From: Octopus sinensis
Lineage: Eukaryota
DNA length: 64,000 bases
Direction of reading: 5' to 3'
Assembly: GCF_006345805.1 (NCBI RefSeq)
Contig: NC_043009.1
Location: 23,374,001 to 23,438,000 of the forward strand
The position numbers and the translations under genes are program-made. The notes below the pieces were generated by a model. That model did no database searches. It saw nothing but the letters and a program-made list of their open reading frames with translations, and was not told where the DNA came from. Of this stretch, positions 55,252 to 64,000 are shown one piece after another (the first letter of the stretch is position 1; every line of letters begins with the position of its first letter).

Positions 55252-55448
55252 GCGAAAGGGTCCTAACAGAAGCAACCTTGTTACACTTTCTGGCTGGATT
55301 CCCAAGCTTACTGACTGAGACCACAGATATCATCCAACCTTCTAGTGCTTGGTCTACCCCCAGGTCTCCAGCCAGCTGGATCAGCTTGAAGAATTCATCA
55401 TGTGATTCTTTCCTGTGACATTCTGACCACATATCCATAGCACAGGAA
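55252..55448 (-). CDS. Probable internal coding exon (197 nt) of a host gene, unidentified
   Basis: Acceptor tacatttgcag| at 55449, donor |GTAAGT at 55251; only one frame open (SCAMDMWSECHRKESHDEFFKLIQLAGDLGVDQALEGWMISVVSVSKLGNPARKCNKVASVRTLS); phase 2 in, phase 1 out. Confidence 0.65.
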
Positions 55449-57689
55449 CTGCAAATGTATATATTTTTGTGGATGGTGTTGAAATGGAGACACAAGATGG
55501 CATAGAGTAAAGAAAACTATAGTTATGTCAAGAGCATGATAACCTCTTTAGTGCTAGTGCATGCATATACAGCTGCGTGCGTGCGCACATACATGCGAGT
55601 GCTGTCCAAATCTCTGACCAATCACATACGGCTAGCTGGCATTCAGTTGGCGTATCAAGTTTTGAGCATTTTGATTGGGTTTTGGAAAGAAAATTCACAA
55701 AAGAGTCACTTCTATTGATTTTTTAATGGCTTTGCAGGGTGACTGGAGAAATGTAAAGATGTGCACAGCCACCCTTGGACGGTTTTGATTAACCATAGAA
55801 AGTGCGATCTCTCTAACTAAAAAATTGTGGATTTGTATAAAGGACACACACACAGACACACATTTTGCCATTTATATATATAGAGATGACATGAAAAAGC
55901 AATGTGCCCACTGCACTCTGTAAAGTGGTTGGTCTTAGGAAGGTCATCCAGCCAGCGAAGGTGTGGTTTCTCAAAGCATGCAGGTAAACAGTAACACTGA
56001 AAAAAAAGACTCATTCTGTGACAACCTGTCCAACCCATGCCAGCAAGAAACGTGCAAGTCTGGAGAACTCAGAACCATGTTAACCCATCTATCTCTTTTC
56101 TAATCATTTTGGTACCAACGTGCCTAACATACAATATGTGCCATTTTGAAGTGTCTATATTTAAAATGAAACCTTTCATAGTTTGATCAAAGGAACATTT
56201 CGTTCAGTTATGTTCCAAGTATCATCTTGATAATGGACAGGATAGTTAGTTTACTTAATCCTTCACAGACAATGAATCTCATTATAAATTGTCTTCGCCA
56301 TCACCATTTAAAGTCTGTGTTCCATGCTTGCTGACATGCGTAAATGGTTTGGCAATATCTAATGCATCTGAAGACTGCATCATATTCCATATCTGCTTTG
56401 GCATGTTATCTACAACTGGTTGCCCTTCCAAATGCCAACCACTTTATAGTATGTACTGGGTACCTTTTTCTTTTTTCCATGGCACCAACATTAGTGGGGT
56501 CATTATGCCACTTGCAAGACAAAGATCCTACTTGACTGACAGCGACACAATAGACAGGGATGCAACTTTATGCTAGGAGATGAGGGTTTAAAATATTAAA
56601 GAAGGGGTAGGAATAGTTGTATGTACATTTTGCTTCCTGTAGCATTTTAGAAAAGGGTGAAGACAATGGAGCGTGATTAGATGAAAATGTAGCTCTATTT
56701 TATAAGGTGGGGACAACTGTGAAGTCAAGAGACCACTTAGTGGTTCCTTCATTGGCAAGAGAAAAAGTAGGTGTATGTACTGAGTAGATATGTAAGTGAC
56801 CTGCATCTAGCTAGTTCTAAAGAGTAGAATAGGCACAGTGGTGACAGAAGTGCTGGACAAGACACAACCTGTCTGCAAGTCAGAGGGTCTTTATCAGTTA
56901 GCAATCAGCTAGGACATATGTTTGTACTTGTAGTAGCAGCAATGTCATGTAAGGTATATCAGCAATACGCCAGTTATGTGGGTCAAAATTTGAGCTTTGT
57001 ACAATGTTAGCAACTGTTTTAGGTTTTAATATATTTTGGGGTCCCTGAGGAGGTGACTTAGCTTTTAGAAGGCAGTTTTTTTTTTTTTGAAATGTTAAAG
57101 CTCCATAGTTTACCATGAGAGAATTTGCTTTATCAAATATTTACCATCATCATCATACACACACACATGCAATCACACAAACTAAGTCAAGTATTTAGTT
57201 TAAGCTGTTCTGTCAACTATCAACCTTCACTTCCTGTAGCATTTTATATAATAGTCTAAAGGAAAGGATTTGTGGTGACTAGAAGATGGGATGTTGTGTA
57301 CTTTATGCCTCATCAAAAGGCATTACTGATGGATGTAAAGTGTTGTTAATAGGTAATAAATAATTCAAAGTAATTAATAGATTTGATGTTTTTAACAAAT
57401 TACAACACAGCTGTTGGTGATACACAGACACACACAAATACTCACACGTTTGTGTGGTTGTGAAATTCACTTTGCAACCACTAGTTTTCGGTTTTACCAC
57501 AATGCATGAAACCAGAAGTGTCTCTCTTCTACCACAGCACCCAGCTGACTAATACCTTGTGAGCAAAATTTGGTACACGGACCCTTTTGTATGTATGTGT
57601 GTGAGTGAGTATACGTGTATATAAAACACCTTTACTAGGTAAAGTGTCTAAACTTGATCAGTGGATTTTTCCTCATCTGACAGCTTCTC

Positions 57690-58260
57690 AGCTTAATCAA
57701 GGAGTTGCCCTCTCCTTGTTATGTAGGAGTAGAATATCTACTGAATCTTTCCATCACAAATAATGAAAAGTGGGTCCTCTATAACTGTATCCAACGAAAA
57801 TGGCAATAGTTAGTACCTAATGAAAATGGAAAATCAATCTCCAAACAGGGTACACCTGAAAAAAGTTATGCCTTGTGAAGTATGTCTATCATGAGAAGTT
57901 AAACCAAACTGAAACAGTTTTATGGGGTGAAGTACTGTCAGCAGCTGAAAGCATTGCACAAAAATTTGCAAGAAAAGTGCCCCTCATTGGTCAGACATTA
58001 AGAGGTGTTGCTCTAACATGATAATGCAAGACCACCTAATGCCCAAGTCACTCAGGAAAAGATTATGGCAATAAATGTAGAAGTTTTGTCTCATCCTCCT
58101 TATTCTCTTAACCTTAGTCCATCTGACAGTCATTTTTTCAGGTCACAGCAATATTATGCAGAAGGAAAAGAGCTCATAAATTGTGAAAGAGTGTTTCTGT
58201 GGTTCAGATCCTGAACAATTTTATACCTGAGGGATAAGCAATTTACCAAATAAATGGGAT
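57690..58260 (+). pseudogene. Mariner transposase relic
   Basis: ITNNEKWVLY, YCQQL, HDNARP, EVLSHPPYSLNLSPSDSHFFRS, NLPNKW; multiple stops. Confidence 0.8.
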
Positions 58261-58289
58261 TATAGTTCTATATTTAAGAGATGAGGAAA

Positions 58290-58670
58290 ATTTACATTCG
58301 ATGGATATTTGTCCTCATTTGTTGTTAATACAACCTTTCGGCCGATATACCCTCCAGCATTCATCAGGTGCCTTGGGGAAATTTCGAACTTAAGTTCTCA
58401 TCCCTAAGGCTTTTTTTTTTAATGTTATTATCATTATTATTATTTAGGTCACTGCCGGGAATCAAACTCGGAATCTTGAGGTTAGTAGCCTGCGCTCTTA
58501 ACCACTATGCACACGGGCATATAGCATAGTGGTTAAGAGTGTGGGCTACTAACCGAGAGGTTCCGAGTTCAATTCCAGGCAGTAACCTGAACAACAACAA
58601 CAACATCATCATCATCATCATCATCATCATCACCACCATCACCATCACCACCACCACCACCACCACCACC

Positions 58671-58720
<50 letters not shown>

Positions 58721-58847
58721 CATCATGAGAACCCAGGTTTGAAATTTCCCAATGACACCTGATGAAGGCTGGAGGGTATATCATCCGAAACGTGTTAACA
58801 ACAAACAAGATGAGGACAAATATCCATCAAATGTAAATAATGTAAAT
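58290..58847. mobile_element. Head-to-head pair of tRNA-headed SINEs with hammerhead-like 3' domain
   Basis: Minus copy 58290-58511, plus copy 58515-58847; A/B boxes (tagtggttaagag, gagttcaattcc); internal microsatellite; CTGATGA..GAAA motif near the 3' ends. Confidence 0.8.
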
Positions 58848-58865
58848 GGGATTATATTATCAATA

Positions 58866-59384
58866 ACTAGCAGTATCGCCCGGCGTTGCTCGGGTTTGTA
58901 AGGGAAATAACTATATAAGCATTTTTAGAGAGTTACTTCCTTTATAGATGCCAATTCAGGCTTTCTTAGCCATTTCTGTTTTGGTGTCTTCAAGCCATGA
59001 AGTCGTTGTTCTAAAAGAACGCTGGTCTCCTTGACAACGCATTACGACGTTGATTTCCTTAAACTCCCTTCCCCACAGCTTCACGAGGGAGGGAAGAAGG
59101 AGGAGAAGCAAACACAGGTGCAGGTGTTTGAGCGTGGACACCAACTCCGCCGCCATCGACACCCGAAAAATTATGCATTAAAATGGAATAAAAAATTATG
59201 TTAAATTATTTTTAAAATCGTAGACTCATCGTAGATGCGCGCTAATAGCCAGACGGGCTTGATATTAATCACGACTATAAGATACCCGAATTTGGTTAAA
59301 CTGCACCGCAAAATGTGGGAGGAGTTAGGAATCTAAATCGTAGGAGACAGACACTCACACAACTACAGTTTTATATATATAGAT
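58866..59384 (+). mobile_element. Non-autonomous Helentron/HINE-like element
   Basis: 5' actagcagtatcgcccggcgttgctcggg; 3' tttggttaaactgc..ttttatatatatagat. Confidence 0.7.
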
Positions 59385-59859
59385 GAGGGGAAATATGATC
59401 TTGATTGAATAAATCAATTAAGACCAAAGAAACATTCGTTTCTCTCCCATCTTGAAATGTGATAGGGTCTAAATACATATATACATACATGCGTAGGCTT
59501 CGGAACAGGGAGTGCAAGTGCACCCCTGGAAGTTTGGTGGGTATAGGGTGGGACGCAATGAAAATGCTTTGAACATACTCCTGAAAAACTTCACCACCAA
59601 AATAAATAAACATAAAAAAGATTTTTGAACTGATTTGAAACATTAACTTTTCCATGATTGGGTTTACCTGAACTGATTGATGGACAAATATATTAAATGA
59701 TAAGAATTAGTTTATTACACCTGTGTTTGTTTTGAAGTTAAGATTGAAAAGAAATTTGACCTTGTTTGTAAAAAATTTTAGATCTGGGTTTGCACCCCCT
59801 GGGCAAAGTTCATTCCTGCACATACAGACATGCATACACAAATTCCACACTTCACACAA

Positions 59860-59920
<61 letters not shown>

Positions 59921-59926
<6 letters not shown>

Positions 59927-60238
59927 TCAATATAAGGGTAGCAAAAAATTCAATAGAAATTTTTTTCCACCACCAGCGGTCCAGTGAGAAAGAAAAAATA
60001 GTCAACAGACTATATAATATACATTCAACAACTAAGGAATGGCCTTAATAGGCCATTCAACTCACTAGAACGAGCAGCTAGACTCAAACCGCTAAATAGT
60101 AGTAATTCAGAAATCATAGGAAAATTAAAAACATTTACCCTAATCATCTTTGGACAATGCATTGTTTCGACGTACTTTTTGGTAAACCAGCCTAATCAGA
60201 TTAAATTAAATTTAATCAAGTCAATTTAATCAAGAATT
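59921..60238 (-). mobile_element. Diverged, truncated solo relative of the 483-bp monomer
   Basis: Collinear with 13637-13960 (ttaatcaatata.gggt.gcaaaaaa..ccaccagcgg..aggaa.ggcc.taataggccattca..acatttaccct..ggtaaac); flanked by (TA)n; keeps the GAAA/stem III/GUC half of the HHR. Confidence 0.8.
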
Positions 60239-60850
60239 ATATATATATATGCATACATATATACATACATATGTATATATCTGTGCTGTGTATGTGTAGG
60301 GGAGGTTTGTTTTTTTCATGTCTTCATATTGACATCATCTGAGCAATGCTGATGTTTGTTTATCTTTCCCTCTAAACAACACATCGTGTTTCATAGCTTA
60401 CAAGCTTTGTCAGTCTCAACATGTAAACACCAAAGGAATGTAACGAACCTTACTGAAAGAAACAAGTGACGTTTGACAATAGGAGCAGCATCCAACCGTA
60501 GCACATAGCCTCAATAAGTCTCATCTGACCCATGAGATCATGGGGAAAACCAGAAGTAAAGTAGATAATGGTGATGATGATGATGACACACATGTTAGTC
60601 TTTTATTCAGGGTATGTTTATTGTGCATAGATATACAGACTTGTCAAGCAAACAAGTGTATAAGTGATATTCACAATCTGCATTGAATATATTAAAATGA
60701 AACTAACTAATCAACTTTACTCTAAAAAATACTACCCAACAGTAAAAATAGGACAAGGATGACACAAAAGAATTGCAGTAAACCGATAATAATTTGGTTT
60801 AAGTCTATATCTACTTTAGAAGACATGAGTGTTTTTATTTCATTTAGTTG

Positions 60851-61122
60851 AGCGTGGGCTGCGGGGTCACTCTGAAAAGCTCTATCTACAACGATTTCAT
60901 CTCAATTGAAGGAGAGGGGCTTTCTCCATCCGGGTTGTGGATCCGTGGAATAAGCTACCAGACAAGATAGTGAAGATGCTGACGACCGCTCGGTTCAAAG
61001 TCTCTCTTGACCAGAAATGGCCTGAACTCTTTGTATGACCACCCTCCCTGTACATAACTCCCTGTCCCCCTACATGGCCTTGCTTTTGCTTTTTGAGCCA
61101 ATAAAAACTAAATTGAATTGAA
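60851..61122 (+). mobile_element. CR1 LINE 3' fragment (second family)
   Basis: LRGHSEKL..R..AFSIRVVDPWNKLP..FKVSLD, then 3' UTR ending aataaaaactaaattgaattgaa. Confidence 0.75.
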
Positions 61123-61234
61123 AAAAAATTGAATTATATTCTGTGCATTCTTAATATATTTAATATACACAAAATTATAAATCAATTATATAGCTATGTA
61201 TACACACACACACACACTCCACATACCTATATAC

Positions 61235-61635
61235 TCTTTACTCTTTTACATGTTTCAGTCATTTGATTATGGCCATGCTGGAGCACCGCCTTTAGTCGGG
61301 CAAATCGACCCCAGGACTTATTCTTTGTAAGCCTAGTACTTATTCTATCGGTATCTTTTGCCGAACTGCTAAGTTACGAGGACGTAAACACACCAGCATT
61401 GGTTGTCAAGCGATGTTGGGGGGACAAATACAGGCACACAAACATATACACACATACATATATATATATACATACACACACATATACAACAAGCTTCTTT
61501 CAATTTCCGTCTACCAAATCTACTCAGAAGGCTTTGGTCGGCCCGAGGCTATAGTGGAAGACACTTGCCCAAGGTGCCACACAGTGGCACCATGTGGTTG
61601 GTAAGCAAGCTATTTACCACACAGCCACTCCTATG
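61235..61635 (-). mobile_element. CORE-type SINE, near consensus
   Basis: Reverse complement of the 54624 family. Confidence 0.85.
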
Positions 61636-64000
61636 CCTTATATATATACACACATTTCTTTTTTATTCTCGTCCTGCAGTGTTTTCTTTCTTTTGATGAA
61701 AGACTATTGTCCGAAAAGTTAAATGTTTTGTGTTAATCTCTTTTTAATTTGTTTTGGGGTATGTCACTGGGATTAGAAGGTTCTTATGTCATTTCTGTTA
61801 TAAGGTGGAGTTAGTTATAAAAATCTGATAACTTCACCAAAATAATTTTTTTCATACTCTGCAAATAATTATAGTTTAGCATGGCCAAATTGCCTTTATA
61901 AGGTGAATATGAATCGGACACTCAAAGCACACACAAACATATGTAACGGACGTTAAACGATGATGATGATGATGATGATGATGATGATATATTCATCTAT
62001 CTATGTATCTACATCTTTTATCTTTTACTCATTTGAATCACTGAGCGGTAGTCATGCTGGGGCACCACCTTGAGGGGTTTTTGTCAAACAAATTGATTCC
62101 GGAACTTAACTTTTAATCCTAGTATTCAATCTATCAGTCTCTTCTGCTGAACTGCTAAATTACAGGGATGTAAACACACCAACACCGGTTGTCAAGTGGT
62201 AATGAGGATGGGTGGGTGAGGTGGACAAACTGACACAAAGACATGCACACATAAACATATACATACATATATATATACATATACAACAGGTTTCTTTCAG
62301 TTTCTGTCTACCACATTTACTCACAAGGTTTTGATCGGCCCAAGGATATAGTAGAAGACACTTGCTCAAGGTGCCATGCAGTAGGACTGAACCCGGAACC
62401 ATGTGGTTGGGAAGTAAGCTTCTTACCAGACAGCCACAACTGTGCCTATTTGTGTGTTCTCATGCCATGTCACATCCACCCTTAAGTGGTGAATACCTCA
62501 CCTTCTGGTATTCATACTGCTTCTGTCACATTGTTTAAACATAAATATAGAAATGTGTGTGTGTGTGTACACAAATGGATTATATTGTTTATTTTTCTTT
62601 GTGCTTGTGTATTACCCACATTTGATGTACAGCTGCTACACTTATACCTCAGGGCTAGAATTTAAATAAACCATATATAAAAAAAAAAACGAAAAAAAAA
62701 AGGCAACTGTTGCCAATGTGGATGACAATGATGGCAACATGTTGATGACAATGATGCCAACAACCCCTACAGCATCATTAAACTCAAATGTTTGTTTGTT
62801 TTTTTGATGCACGTAGTAAGACACAGCACGTTTCTTTTTCACTGTTCAACAAGTTGCTTCATCCAACTAAACAGACGCAACACACGTGGCTTCTAACCTT
62901 TGTTACATAACATTGAAATAAAGATATAAAATATCCTGGGGGCTCCCGTCTCACCAATGAGCACCTTTGCATGCATCCATACACAAACAAATACACGCAC
63001 ATATGTAATCTTCCTAAGTAATCCTTAAGAAGGATTTTGCTTTTGCGACAAGCTATTTTTTCTTTTATTTTTTTCTCTCGCCTGTTGTTTGTTTGGCTAA
63101 TGTCTTTTTACCTAAATACAAAAATTACATATATTATCTTCAGCTGCTATAAGCAAAGCCTTCTGCCCTGTCTTTATTTCTGCTTTTATAAAGAAATTCT
63201 TTCATCTTTGTAGAATCAATAGAGGTTTTAATAAAGGGCCTTGTGGTGTTTATATTCCGCCTCTTTCATCTATTTAATCAGTTCAGTCATTGGACTGTGG
63301 CCATGCTGGAGCACTGCCTTGCAGGATTTTAATCAAACAGATTGACCCAGCATTTATTTATTTATTTAAAAAAAAAATCTTATATTCTATTAGTCTCTTT
63401 TCCCAAACTGCTAAATTACAGGGACATGAACAAACCAACAGCTGTTAAATAGAGTGAGAGTGTGTCTGTTGGAGTGACAGACACAGACACAAAGAAACAC
63501 ATACAAACACAGGCAAACAACAGGCTTCCACACAGTTTCTGTTGAGTAAATTTACTAACAAGGTATGGGTTGACCTGAGGTTATAGCAGAAGACACCTGC
63601 CCAAGGTGTCACACAGTGAGACTGAACCTCAAATCACCTTGTTGCAAAGCGTGCTTCTTAACCTCACAGCCATGCATGTGCCTACATTTACTTACATCTT
63701 TTTCATATCCTGAGTTCAAGTCTTGCCTATGTCAGCTCTGTCTTTCATTCCTTTTGGGGCTGGATTAAATATGAACCAACCAAGTGCGAAGGAGGGGCGA
63801 ATAATTAAATCAACTTTCACCTTTTCACAAGAATTGCCGCCTTGTGTTTTTATCAGTGTCAGCAGGTAGATAGTGAGCTGGCAGAATTGTTAGCATGCCA
63901 GGGGAAAAATGCTTAGCAGCATTCCATCTGTTTTATGTTCTGAGTTCAAATTCTACCGAGGCTGATTTTGCCTTTTAGCCTTTCATGGTCGATAAAATAA

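Overview
AT-rich, repeat-dominated eukaryotic DNA. The SINE, LINE and microsatellite families look like an octopus/cephalopod genome; this is inferred from family recognition, not from a search. Almost all computed ORFs are microsatellite read-throughs. Recognisable coding content is retroelement-derived: a near-complete Penelope-like element (PLE) with ~926-bp inverted ends (9.0-13.6 kb), a near-complete CR1 LINE (16.9-20.5 kb), two further PLE fragments, and Tx1, CR1 and mariner/maT relics. There are also two probable minus-strand host exons. The main observation is a set of non-coding elements carrying type I hammerhead ribozyme (HHR) folds. The clearest is a 3.1-kb head-to-head array of 483-bp monomers (13.6-16.7 kb), each with an intact-looking HHR, i.e. 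a retrozyme-like, candidate circRNA-generating element. It is supported by a diverged solo copy with compensatory stem changes at ~60 kb. Two unrelated HHR-bearing fold-back elements (21 kb, 28 kb), a tRNA-headed SINE pair ending in an HHR relic (58.5 kb) and several decayed HHRs also occur. Most share the PLE's architecture: 5' ends joined head-to-head and 3' ends running into (TA)n. All structures were folded by eye and need computational and biochemical confirmation.
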